64,000 bases of DNA. Source: Eledone cirrhosa (Eukaryota). The translations under genes were made by a program, and so were the position numbers. Of the stretch, positions 35,916 to 48,530 are shown piece by piece. Location of the stretch: assembly GCA_964016885.1 (NCBI GenBank), contig OZ024754.1, positions 39,246,001 through 39,310,000 on the forward strand, in the 5' to 3' direction. The notes below the pieces were generated by a model that saw nothing but the letters and a program-made list of their open reading frames with translations, was not told the origin of the DNA and searched no databases. Every line of letters starts with the position of its first letter. The first letter of the stretch is position 1.

Positions 35916-36716
35916 CATTTTGGATATTGTGTTTATGTAAAGAAGTAAGTAATGTTTTCTTTGCTGTGTATAATAGGAAACTAAACCTTCTCCCTTTATA
36001 GATACATTTAATTAGATATGTCAATAACTCTCATATCTTGCATATTGTGTTCTATATACATACATTCTAAGAAATATAACGAACTTCTGTATACACATAC
36101 AGATATTCTCTTATTCTGTAGATCAACCATCTTTCGTTATTGAATTGAACCGTTGGATTGGTGGATTGGCAGAATCGGTAGAGAGTCGGACACCATGCTT
36201 TGAAGCATAGAGTTATGTTCCTTTATGATCTGAGTTCAAATCTCGCCGAGATTAACTTTGCCTTCCTTATTTTGTCGATAAAATAAAGTACCAGTAATGT
36301 ACTGAGTGATTGCTGGCCTTGTGCCTAAAATAGAAATAGTTATTGAATTGAACCGTTACGTTGAAAAATATTATTTTAAATACATTCTAAACTTTGTCAA
36401 CACTGGAAGATATTCTTGAGACAAAAATACATTTTACTCTCTTCTCTATACAGGAAGAAGTGTTTCCTTTTTAGAGACATACATATTAACCTATATAAAC
36501 GTTCTTCACTGGACATATACCTTCTTCCAATAAAAATAATAAACCTTCTTCTCTATACAGGAAAATAACTTTCCTTTTTTTCTTCTAAGAAACAAAACCT
36601 CTATAAACAACTACATTTTAATTTTATTTTCTATTTCTTTCACACCCAACGAAGCATGGCAGCTTCATTTCTTGCACACATCTCTTGTACATAGAGAAAA
36701 ACATTTTGTTGTCAAC
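35916..36716 (+). repeat. Left arm of a long diverged inverted repeat (partner at 46683-47197)
   Basis: Blocks tggatattgtgtt.atgt, ttctaagaaatataac, ttgtcaacact.g.agatattcttgagac and ttctttcacacccaa.gaagcatggca.cttcatttct occur as reverse complements in 46683-47197. Confidence 0.8.
36155..36338 (+). mobile_element. Dominant SINE with 19-bp TSD, inserted in the left inverted-repeat arm
   Basis: TSD gttattgaattgaaccgtt at 36136-36154 and 36339-36357. Absent from the right arm. Confidence 0.88.
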
Positions 36717-36719
36717 AGT

Positions 36720-38731
36720 GGGTTAAGGTTTGTAACGTATGCACGTCCACAATTTCCAACGGATTCTATTCAAAGTCGGAACAATTATTGCTTTTGGTCA
36801 GGAGAAGGTCACGAAGCAAACAAATTTCAAATCCATCAATAATAAGGGCAAAAATCGATAGAATCTTTGTTGAAAAAAGTGGTTGAACTTTGTTCAATAC
36901 AAAGTTAACTGAGTATTACTCATTTGCACGCGTGGAAGTTTGCGCAAAATGCTAAAAAATTCGCCACTTTATTTAAGCGTTTAAAACTAATATAAGGTTT
37001 TCAACGAATTGGCAAAACATCATGGCTCATGCTTTGAGGTTTAACATATTTTGCTTAATATCCCTTCAACAGACTTTTAAATAAGTCAAAACAATATTTT
37101 TACTTGAAAATGATCTTATTTTACCTTGCTCTAAGTTTTTTTTTCAACCTAATGGTTCGGGTAACGGAAAAATGTTTTTTTTATTTTTCAATATTATAAA
37201 TAGAGTGGTCGCAGGTTCGATTCTCAGCTAAATTTTGGAGTTGTTCAATTCGAACTTTCGACCACTTTATTTACAACTTTGAATACCTAAAATTTTAGTG
37301 TGGTTTCGAATTATAATTTTAAATACCACGATCGAGTGTTTAGGTTTAACCTAAAAACACTTTAAAATCTTAGTTAAGAATCGAACTATCGACCACCGTA
37401 TTTAAAATATTGAATACACAATCTTCGGCCGGATTTGAACACTCGATCATGGTATTTAAAATTAGAATTCGAAAAGCTTATTCGGTTTCAAGCCACGTTT
37501 ACCTGTATGTTCTTTCTTTTACGTTGTTAAAAATATACCTGTCAATACTTTCTGTCAAGAGTAAAATTTCACTTTTAAGCTTGCAATTACGTTTGTTCAG
37601 TGACCCCCCCCCCCCCCCCCCCAAAAAAAAAATATTCTGCTTTTCCGTCCAAGTACTACCAGTTGGTAGATAATTAGTCATACCTACCCCCAATTTTGTT
37701 TGAATATTGCATCTTCATTTACTTTTTTTTTTTTCGTTGCCATTTCATTTTCCATTCAATCGTGTTTACCATTTAGTTTCGAATTTCATAAGGTTTTTGT
37801 TTAACATTTTCAGATATAATGCCCCCCAAAAAGAGATGCTCACTTGGTCGTAAAACGGTGTCTGCAGCTAAACAGAAAAGAAGACGGTTGAATGAGTCTC
37901 AGGAGGAAACTGAATTGCGATTGTCACAAAGTGCTTTACGTTCAGCAAAAAGAAGAGCTGCTGAAACCGACGACCAACGTAGTGAGCGTCTAGCCAGCAA
38001 TAAATCTTACTATACTTCGTCACGTGCTAAGCTTAGTGATTTAGACCGTTCTGTCCGTAATTCCCGGAATGCTGTGGCTATTGCCGCTGCTAGAGCTACC
38101 GAAAATGAACAGCAAAAATCACTTCGTAATTCCCGTAATGCTGTGGCTACTGCCGCTGCTAGAGCCAAAGACTCACACAACGACCGCAGTATTAGACTAG
38201 AAAAGAACAATCGGCGTAAAGAAACTGCTCGGGGCAGTCCAAAAAAGTCCAAACACTTCATATTGGCTTTTAAAAGCTTTAAATTATGATCCAACACTTA
38301 ACCTCTCAATGCGGCCTGACATCCAGATTGGGAATATGAGTTTAACTTGCAAGTTCTGTAGTGCAAATAAGTGGGCTGGAGAACCACCTGGAATGTGCTG
38401 CTCCAATTCCTCAAGGGATGACACGCAATATCGTCTACAAAGAGGTGCTATAGATGTTGGTGCAGGTGTTGGAGCTATGCCGTCTGGAAAACTATTTCCT
38501 GGTAGGGTCACCCAGCGGCATCAGGGCCACCATCTTGCAAATTCGCTATTGGAAGATTATTAACCTATCATTGATTGTCCAAAATACTAATTGGTTCGTA
38601 ACTTTTAATAACCGGTTCAACTGCTTTATACACTTAATTGATAAGCTTATTCGCTTTCAAGCCACGTTTACCTGTATGTAACTTTTCATAGCAAATGAAC
38701 AAACCCGAGCAACGCCGGGCTAAATTGCTAG
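36720..38731 (+). mobile_element. Internally deleted Helitron; the 5' boundary is approximate
   Basis: 3' terminus has the hairpin cccg-agcaacgc-cggg (38704-38719), then CTAG (38728-38731) followed by T. RepHel N-terminal and extreme C-terminal coding remnants lie inside. Confidence 0.82.
37819..38453 (+). pseudogene. Helitron RepHel remnant: N-terminus fused to the helicase C-terminal tip
   Basis: MPPKKRCSLGRKT, then R/E/A-rich repeats, a frameshift, and NYDP...IGNMSLTCKFCSANKWAGEPPGMCCSN (RepHel zinc-binding motif). QGMTRNIVYKEVL* follows at 38412-38453, a typical PIF1-like helicase end. Confidence 0.8.
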
Positions 38732-40039
38732 TATATATATATATACACGCACACAAACACAGCTCACAAAAACATAATGGTGTAGGAGAGAAATATAATA
38801 AATTAGTCACAGAATTTTTGACGAAAACTATAAAAAACATGGCAGCATGGATTGAAACTCATGATTGTAAAATCAGACGCTCTAACCACTTATTCTACAC
38901 TGTTCAAAGGACACAACTCTTTATTATTTTAAAAGAGCTATCTCTCTAGAATATATAAGGTAGGTTCGTAGAAAATGTGTCTTTCTTTCGAAGAGAGGAA
39001 CTCGATTAAAAGCCATTTACACACAACTGAAAATAAACTGAAAATAATTTGTATCTAGTATGTAAACTTTTTATTAACAGACAGTTCCGGAAACTTCCCC
39101 AATCAAAACAGCAGATGACTTTGTAAAAAAAAGAAATTAAATAAGAAAAACTTTACATACGTTGTCAATAAAAAATGTTAAAACTTTATAAAATTCTTCC
39201 AATTTTGTCTTTTACTCTATATACTTTGGGTACATGATTGCCATGCAGGATGTAGCAACCCAACGAACATGAGGCTGAGGGGTTGGGAAATCGAGTGAAA
39301 ACATGCCAGATGGTGCTGGGCAAACCAACTTGTCTGAGGTCATGTTGCATTAGATGACATCAAAGAGGAGAGCGGATGAATGGAGGCTGTGCTGGTTCTA
39401 TGTTACGTAGGTTAACAGTTAAAGCGATATCGATTTAGTTAACCTTTGACGATGATATCTAAACTAAAAAAATTCGTTCAAAATTTAAATTTCATGTCCA
39501 AAGCGTGACGGGTGTAATATTTACCCTGACCAAAGACGACAGATCTCAAACGATTCTGGTTAATGTTAATAACCAGAATATAGCAACCAATATCACGTTG
39601 AAGAGTGGTGGACACCTTCAAGTAGCTAGGACCAAACGAGATACTGCCAAGACTCACAATGGATACTTCTGAATGTCTTTTGGAAAAGAAACTCTATCAG
39701 AACAAAGAATCCAGTCATTCGAGCACAAGTCCTTGAGAAGGTTGCTACACATCAGAGACCCTTCTACAAATGATAGAAAATAAAAAGAAGTGGTGACACC
39801 CCATCGACTGGCTGTACCAATGCCATGTCTAGTGTGACACCTGTGGTACTCCAACAACTGACTGCACCCGTGACCTCCGAAACAAATTTACAATGTCTAT
39901 ATTACCATCACGTCTTTGTCTGGCGTGTTTGTATAGTACCGAACCGTTTTTTTGTCCTTTTAGTTCCCCACAGTGTTTATTCTTTCTCCTATGCCTTGCG
40001 CTGTCTCACCTATGTATGTTGCCAACACTCCACCATCAG

Positions 40040-40680
40040 CTCTAGGTTCCAGGAGCTCATGACCCTCACGAGCAGACTGGGCATAATTGACACCCACCCA
40101 GCCCTCTTCCTGTTGAGGAACTGCTTTGTCATGCTGAAGCTCCTCTATACACTTCGTAATGGTCCTTGCTGACCTTGACACTTGTATCTGAGTGGCAGCT
40201 GAGGAGATATGCAACATCAAGTTTGACGACCTTGGACAAGCCACCTAACAAATGTCGCTACAGTGCTGGTCACCTACCACGCCAGGCTGCTCTCAACGAA
40301 GTCATCAAGCATGGCTTGGATGCTGCAGGCTTTCCCTCCTAGCTGGATCCGGCAGGGCTGGACCGAGGGGACGGTAAAAGACCAAACACCATGACTATCT
40401 TCCCATTCCACAGTGGTAAACCTCTCATCTGGGATGCCACATGCAATGACACAATCTCCAATGGCAACCTGGTGCAGTCTGCGACTCACCCAGGCTCTGC
40501 TGCACTTCAGGCTGAGGAGGGTAAACTCTCCAAATATCGGTCACTCTCCGACAGGCTTGCAGTTGAGCACTGGCTAACCGCATGTGTGAGCCTCCCGAGA
40601 TGGAATGGCTCTTTCAGCGCATCTCCCTTACCATCCTCCAGGGAAACGCCTTCTCTATTCTGTCCACGGGGTGGCCAACA
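40040..40680 (+). mobile_element. Degenerate CRE/R2-group (restriction-like endonuclease) non-LTR retrotransposon 3' fragment
   Basis: HPALFLLRNCF...KLLYTLR, then CRYSAGHLPRQAALNEVIK...GLDRGDGKRPNTMTIFPFHSGKPLIWDATCNDT...AEEGKLSKY, resembling the RH..LN / RPDG / WD.T / AE..K..KY RLE signature. Confidence 0.72.
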
Positions 40681-41789
40681 CGTAGTATCCCATTTACTCA
40701 TAATAGTGAGAGTTGAGGAAAGCGAGAGAGGTGGAGGCGGTGACAGTTCCTCTGTGTTCGGACCTGGTGTACATGTGTGTGTAATTTTACACTTATTTTC
40801 GGTTTTTATAGCTGTGAATACATGTATGCTGAAAAATTATATGCACATGCGTACTGACGTTTAATTTTTTGCGCATGCGCGATTGTTGTAAATATTTCAG
40901 AAAAAAAAATGGCTGCTTAAATTTTAGACGTATTTTACAATCTGTAGAAAAAATAAACGTTAAAAACTTGGATTTTTACCATTTTTACGAAGGTAAAGTA
41001 AAGCTTTTTTTTATGTTGAAGTCTTTTATTGAAATATTGCATATTTATTTCCCTCCATAATGTCTCCAATAACTAATTAAACGATAGTTTTGTTTAGCTA
41101 TTGCGACCCCTCCTCACGTATTTCAATATACAGAACGACCACAAAAACACTTGATTTGAAATACTTATAATATGACAACTTAAATGAATATTCTTACAAT
41201 ATTGGTGGCTATTGTTGCATAAACTAACAAAGTTTCATGTGGTATTGTTTGATATCATAGACACTCAATGCCTGCCCCTTTTGTTGATCGGCAAAAATCA
41301 ATGCAATAATTGTTTCTACTCTTGGCACAAAGCCAGCATTTATTCCAGTACATTACTGGTACTTTATTTTATCGACCCCGTAAGGATGAAAGGCAAAGTT
41401 AACCTCGGCGGGATTTGAACTCCGGACTCTTTACAGAGAGTGTTTTTGTAGTTACCCTGTATATATATATACGGGATGTCCCAGAAAAATGTATACACAC
41501 TTTGATTACCTGTACAGGCAATATTTATTAGAATGTACCGCATTTCCCAAAAATACAATCTACAGACATAATTCAATTGTATGTCTTTCTCTGATCGATC
41601 AACAAGATCCCAGACTTCATTCGCTTGCCGAGTTGGGTGGAGCTCGTCAAATCGTACCGAGGAAACAATGTTTCCATTGGTGTTTCTATTGTTGATACTA
41701 TCTACCAGTCGCAATTCCTGTGTATATTATAGTACAGTTTATATATACATTATAATAGAGTGTATATATATATAAACATTATAACACAG

Positions 41790-41827
<38 letters not shown>

Positions 41828-44793
41828 CCCTCGCTCTGATCAATCGATGGTCCCAGACTTCGTTCTTTTGCCGAGTGGGATAGACCTTGTCAAAACAGAC
41901 CGAGGAAACAATGTTTCCATTTGCTGATACTATTAACATCTACAAGTTGCAACTAGGTAGAAGGAACAACGTGAAATAAAGAGTCTTGTTCAAGGACATA
42001 ACGCATCACCCGGTCCCAAAATTGAACTCACAACCTCAGTCATGCGCTTTCACAATTGTATATAAACACCCAAAAATGTTTACATAATTTAAATAATTGT
42101 TTCTACTATAGGCACAGATGTTTGGCGCCAGATCATCTTGGGGCGTTGAGGGATTCGATTTCTGGATTTTTTCTTTAAATTATGAAATTATATTCATTAA
42201 AGTCATCGTCTTCACACCAACTCTCTAGTAATTTTCTTATGAAGGCGTACCAATACAGGACCTGGTTAACGTTTGTTTTGTTAACGGGGTATCCTATCAG
42301 ATCGCGAAGGCAATTAAAGTCATGTATAAGAACACTTCATGTCTTGTAATGATGCCAGAAGCTGCCACGTTTTGAGACACATGAGGCAACCAAAGTGATC
42401 TAATGACCACTACAGTCAGTTGCATTTATCAATACATCGTTCCAACTTTTGTTGACGGGTTTCAGGTCTCTGTCGATTGTCTGGCACCAGTTCATCTTGG
42501 GTCGTCTTCTTCCGAATACAGAACCTCATTTGGGAATCGTGTGAGATAAATGGACAGACAGATAGATTAAACTTAAAACTCTCACGTTGTGAGGCATATA
42601 ATTAAACGATAGTTTTGTTTAGTTACTGTTGCCTCTCCCCGAAGTAATGTATTTCTAATGTAATACAACACCTTCCACCTATTTCAATATGAGTGTTTTG
42701 TAAGTGTCGAAAAAAATTAGATTAGAATAATTCTGAGAAGCTACCACGACTTGAGCCAGATCATCTTGGGACGTACTCTTCCCGTAGTGGTGGGGATAGC
42801 AATACAGGATTTGATTAGCATGTCTCTCATTTGGGAGTTGTCTGAGATAAATGGACATTATATGTTTAGTTCCCTCCATGATGTCACCAATAACTTAATA
42901 AACAAGAGTTTAGTTTAACTATTGACACCCGTCATATTTCAATATATATATTTGGGGTTAGTTACATCTATCAATATATCATTCAAACTTTTGTTGAGAG
43001 ATTTCAGGTCTCCGTCGATTATCTGGTGCCAGATCATCTTGGGACGTCCTCTTCGTTTCTTTCCATAGTATTGGGTAACAATACAGGACCTGATTAACAT
43101 GTCTTTCACTTAGGAGTCATCTGAGAGATTCACGGACAGGCAGGCATACAAATAGATTAGACTTAGAAACTCCCACATCTTGAGACACATGAAGGCAACC
43201 AAAGTGCACCATGGTCAGTTGCATCCATCAATACATCGTTCCAACTTCTGTTTTGTTGACGGGTTTCAGGTCCCTGTTGATTGTCTGTCGCCAGTTCATC
43301 TTGGGACACACTCTTCGTTTCTTTTCATATGAAGGGGTATCTTTAGGTCGTCCTCTTCGTCTCTTTTCGCAGGAGTGGGTATCAATGTAGGACCTGATTT
43401 ACATGTATCGCACTTGAGAGTCGTGTGAGATAGATAGACAGACAAATAGATATAGTTTCTTTTTTAGACACTTCATCTACATTCTTGGGAGGAGGGTACC
43501 AATACAGATTTACACGGAACAGACCCTTTGGATTTCCCCATCTCTCTCTGTTTAACTTTTAAACGTGCTTTCCAACCTGTAGAAAAAATAAACGTTAAAA
43601 CCTTGGATTTTTACCATTTTTACGAAGGTAAAGTCGAGCTTTATTTTATTTCCACTAACTTTGTATTTTTATTTCCCTTTGGATTATCATGTCTCTCGCT
43701 TCGGAGTCGTGTGAGAGAGATAGACAGATAGATTAAACCTAAAACTCCCACGTCGTGAGACATAAACGATAGTTTTGTTTAGCTATTGCAACCCTTCTCC
43801 CTTGTTAATGTATTTCTAATATAATGCAACACCTCCCTACATATTTCAGTTTATATATATATAATAGAAAGAAAACGAGTAAGTTTCGTTTACATATGAA
43901 AAATATTTATTGCGTATCGACCTGTTACGCGCGTTTCACAGAGGATTGGCTCAAGGTGACCCATAGGAGTTATGGACCCGACTCCAATATCGATCTGCTC
44001 ATCTGATTGGTGATGTGACAAAAGATTTATACACTTTATTTCACGTTGCTCCTTCTGTCTGGATTTGCGACCAACAGATAGTATTAGCAATTGGAAACAT
44101 TGTTTCCTCGGTCCGATTTGACGAGCTCTACCCCACTCGTTAAACGAATGAAGTCTTGGATCCTGTCGATATATATATATATATATATATATGCATGTGT
44201 GTGTGATGCACACAATTTAATGAAATAAAGTTTAGCATAGACTTGTTTTTTGTCTGGCACGAGTTCATCTTGGGACATCCTCTTCGCCTCTTTCCATAGG
44301 AGGAGGGTACCAATACAGATTTTAAAAGAACAGTCCCTTTGGGGTATACCACTTTAATAATACTTTTATAAACACATCTCAACAATAAACGTCACAGGAT
44401 ACATGTGTTGATTTCTTTCTTCCTCGTGTATTTTCATATATTTCAATTCCTACGTGATCATCATCATCATCTTAATTAACACTGATACTTACTTGTACAC
44501 ACGCAATCTCTTGTCACACTGTATCAGGCACATCAAATTTCTCTAGCCTACACTCACACAACACTCAGCAATCTACAAGTGAGCACATACGCAACAAATG
44601 AATCAACACCACAACACAACCAACCATTCGACTCGCTATATACATACATATATATCAATAAAAAAAATCCGAGGTCATATTCATTTGGTTTTGGTTTATT
44701 AAAATCCGCAACTTCACAACCGACATATCATTATGTGGTTTTCACACCCTTGTTTAATTGACAACGTCCGTATTTAAATATATATATTTATGT

Positions 44794-45722
44794 ATATAAT
44801 ATAAGACAAAACTGGAAGAATTTGATGAAGTTTAACATTTTTTATTGACAACGTATTTTCATAATTTTTCTTATTTCTTTTTTGTTACAGATGTCCAGCC
44901 TTCTCGGTCATATGCTGCGTTGTTGTCCGTAACCACTGAGGGAATGTTTTTACAAGTCGAAGTTTCCTGAACTGTGGTGAAGTGTCTGTCAATAAAAGAA
45001 ATGTTTACACATTATTTACGAATTGTATGAAAAAATATTTTGTTAATAAAAGAATCTTTACACATTATTTACGAGTTGTGGTGTTACTTTGACTATGAAA
45101 AAAATTAGCCTAATATGGCTTCTAATTACTTCTCTTTGTGAAAAGAAAAATACTGAAGAGTTGCTTCCCTTAAGTTCAATCACAGAAGGGACCACCCCGT
45201 TAATTTTTTTTTTGATTTCTCCACTTTAGCGACATCAGTTCCTCGATCCAGACACTCAACCATGCATGAGTATCTGATGTCGCTAAAGTGGAGAAATCAA
45301 AAAAAAAAATGGCGTCCTGTTTCATATAGATTTTATTTTTCGACACTTTCAAAAACATTCTTAGTTCATTTTAGATATTTCATCATTCTTAGTTTCTTTC
45401 AAGAAACTTTATCTATACTCTTAGTTTCTTTATTTAGAAACTTCATATATACTTACGTTCTTTTCAGTACGTCTTACTCAGTTTCTTGATTTCTTTATTT
45501 ATTTTTGTCAAATATAAAATGAACACAATTCGTATATAAGATGTAAACTTTATTCATTTTTGTCAAAATAAAATGAAAACTTGATTTTCTTTATTAACAG
45601 AAACTACGCCATTCTCACTTGTTCCGGCAAACACGGCTCTGTAAAAAGAAATGAACATACGTTATCAATAAAAAGAATATTAAACTTGATAAAATTCATC
45701 CAATTTTGTCTTTTATTATATA
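44794..45722. mobile_element. MITE-like element with ~65-bp terminal inverted repeats
   Basis: tataatataagacaaaactggaagaatttgatgaagtttaacattttttattgacaacgta versus tacgttatcaataaaaagaatattaaacttgataaaattcatccaattttgtcttttattata. A third terminus lies at about 39157-39223. Confidence 0.65.
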
Positions 45723-45769
45723 TACATTTAAAAAGAGGAAACTAAGAATGTATATAAAGTTTTCTTAAA

Positions 45770-46210
45770 GAAAGAAACTAAGAATGTAGATGAAGTGTAT
45801 AAAGAAAGAAAGAAACTAGGAATGTAGATGAAGTGTATAAAGAAAGAAAGAAAGAAACTAAGAATGTAGATGAAGTGTATAAAGAAAGAAAGAAACTAGG
45901 AATGTAGATGAAGTGTATAAAGAAAGAAAGAAAGAAACTAAGAATGTAGATGAAGTGTATAAAGAAAGAAACTAAGAATGTAGATGAAGTGTATAAAGAA
46001 AGAAAGAAAGAAAGAAAGAAATTAGGAATGTAGATGAAGTGTATAAAGAAAGAAAGAAACTAAGAATGTAGATGAAGTGTATAAAGAAAGAAAGAAAGAA
46101 AGAAACTAGGAATGTAGATGAAGTGTATAAAGAAAGAAAGAAAGAAACTAAGAATGTAGATGAAGTGTAGAAAGAAAGAAACTAGGAATGTAGATGAAGT
46201 ACATAAAGAA
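45770..46210 (+). repeat. Minisatellite with a variable (GAAA)n spacer, about 11 units
   Basis: Unit actaagaatgtagatgaagtgtataaa(gaaa)n. Confidence 0.9.
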
Positions 46211-46682
46211 GATTGTAAATGGTTATTTGTTACATAGATTAAAAGTTAAAGCGATATCGATCTGGTTAATATTTGATTACGATGTTGATATCTAAAAAAA
46301 AACAACTAAGAATGTAGATGAAGTTTCTAAAAGAAACTCCATCTACATTCTTAGTTGTTTTTTAGGAATGTCAATGACGAAAAAAGAAACTAAGAATGTA
46401 AATGAAGTGTTGAAAAGGAACAAAGAAAGTAAATGAGGTTTCGTAAGAAGAAACTAACAATGTAGATGGTTCTATGTTACGGAGGTTAAAGTGATGTCGA
46501 TCTAATTAACACTGACCAACAGTTAATCTTTGATTACGATGATGATATCTAAAAAAAATTCGTTCAAAACTTAAGTAGTCGGGCTTTACGATTATGAGTT
46601 CGATACTCAGACCGGACTTTGCGTTGTGTTCTTGAGCAAGACACTTTATTTCACGTTGCTCTAAATCACACAGTAGAAATTA

Positions 46683-47197
46683 GTTGGACAACAAAATCTT
46701 TCTTTCTACGTACAAGAGAACACATGTGTACGAGAAATGAAGTTGCCATGCTTCATTGGGTGTGAAAGAAATAAAAGATAATAAAAATGTAGCTGTATGT
46801 AGAGGTTTCTTAGAAGGAAGGGTATATTCCTGTATAAAGAAGGTTTACATATTTTTCTTAGTAGACAGTATATAGCTTTATATGTATGTCTCTAAATAGA
46901 GAAGATAGTAAACCGTATTTTTGTGTCTCAAGAATATCTGCTAGTGTTGACAAGGTTTACTATGTATTCAATAATGAAAGATCTACAGAATGATGTTTAT
47001 AGAGAGAAATTTGAGTTATATTTCTTAGAAAGTATGTATAGAGTGTCGAGATGGTTTAGTTTAGTTTCTTAGAAGAGGTAACACTATTTGTACGTGTAGT
47101 TTTATTTATTTATTTAAAAGAAAGCATGTGTCGAGTGGGTGAAGATGTTCCAGAAAGCCACATAAAATACCTCTTCACATGAACACAATATCCAAAG
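46683..47197 (-). repeat. Right arm of the long diverged inverted repeat
   Basis: Reverse-complement similarity to 35916-36716. ORFs 35521+ and 47175- both end in LDIVFM because of this shared sequence. Confidence 0.8.
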
Positions 47198-47899
47198 TGT
47201 GACAGTTATTGACATAAAGTGTGTATTTAATAAATTGTAAGATAAGTCGAGTATAGAGCAAAGAAAACATTACATACCTCCATACACAAAGAAAGCAATA
47301 TCCAAAATGAATTATTTTCAATGAACCGGAAGTCAATTGAAAAAAGAAAAGAGTTCCATAAAGAGGAAATAACTCTAAATGAAGGGAGAGCAAAAACGAT
47401 TGCTCGCGCAGTCCAGCATATAGCCAGCCTGCAAATAGTTCTAGCTGCCAACGCCGCGTGTCCTCGATTCGATCTTCCGACACATAGAATGGCCACACCA
47501 TACATAAGTAGGAGATGAAGTCCGAACCGCAGCTCGCGCGCCACCTCGGAGGCCGCACTTCTAGAGAGTAGAATACTCATACTTATGGGTACTTTTCACA
47601 TTTTTTGTTTAAAAACAAAATATAAACAAAACGAAAGGAGGTAATTCGGTATTCGGAATAAAGATATTTTAACAAGGTAATTATTAGCACATTGGTGGAA
47701 TTGTGACGATGAGGGATTCGACCTCTTAATTTCGTTTTTCCTTTAAATTATGAAATTATATTCATTAAAAAGATCGTCTTGAAACCAACCATCGCACTAA
47801 CAATTTTCCTATGAAAATCTGAATTCCGCATTCATTTCGTTTATATATATATATTTCAATGGTTAATCACTTACCTCAGAAACATTAATGACTTGCTTC

Positions 47900-48530
47900 T
47901 TTCGCTGGTACTGACCGGCGTTTAGTTGTCCGTAGGATATCTTATGGGACGTATAAGCTATAAAACTGCTTCTTTGGCCATAGGGGATATTATGTGAAGT
48001 ATATGTTTCTCCCACCCTATAACCTGACATTGGCCAGGGTTTAGCTGACTGTAGAGGATCGTACGAGATGTTTACGCCCTTAAAGTGCTTCAATCACCCT
48101 CTCACGGCATTGACCAGGGTTTAGCTGGCTGTAGAGGTTCCTACGAGATGTTTACACCCTCTAAGCAGGCATTGACCATGGTTTAGCTGGCCGTAGAGGA
48201 TCCCACAAGAAGTATACGTCCTTAAACTGCTTCAATCACCCTCTCACCTGCAATTCACCACCAACTGTGGAGGGTGGTTTTGGTGACCAGGGTTTAGCTG
48301 GCTGTAGAGGATCGTACGAAATGTTTACGTGCTTATGTCCCCATCTAACTTGGCATTTACCAAGAGGATCCCACGAGAAGTATACGTCCTTAAACTGCTC
48401 TCTTTGCACTCTTAGCAGGCACATACTATAGTTTAACTGGCCGTGAAGGATCCGACGAGAAGTATACATCCTTAAACTGCTTCAATCACCCTCTCACCTG
48501 GAATTGACCAACTGTGGAGGAGGGTTGTTT
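47900..48530 (+). repeat. Complex diverged tandem repeat (about 60-120 bp modules)
   Basis: Recurrent gggtttagctggctgtagaggatc and cttaaactgcttcaatcaccctctcac. A further copy lies at about 50785-50885. Confidence 0.8.
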
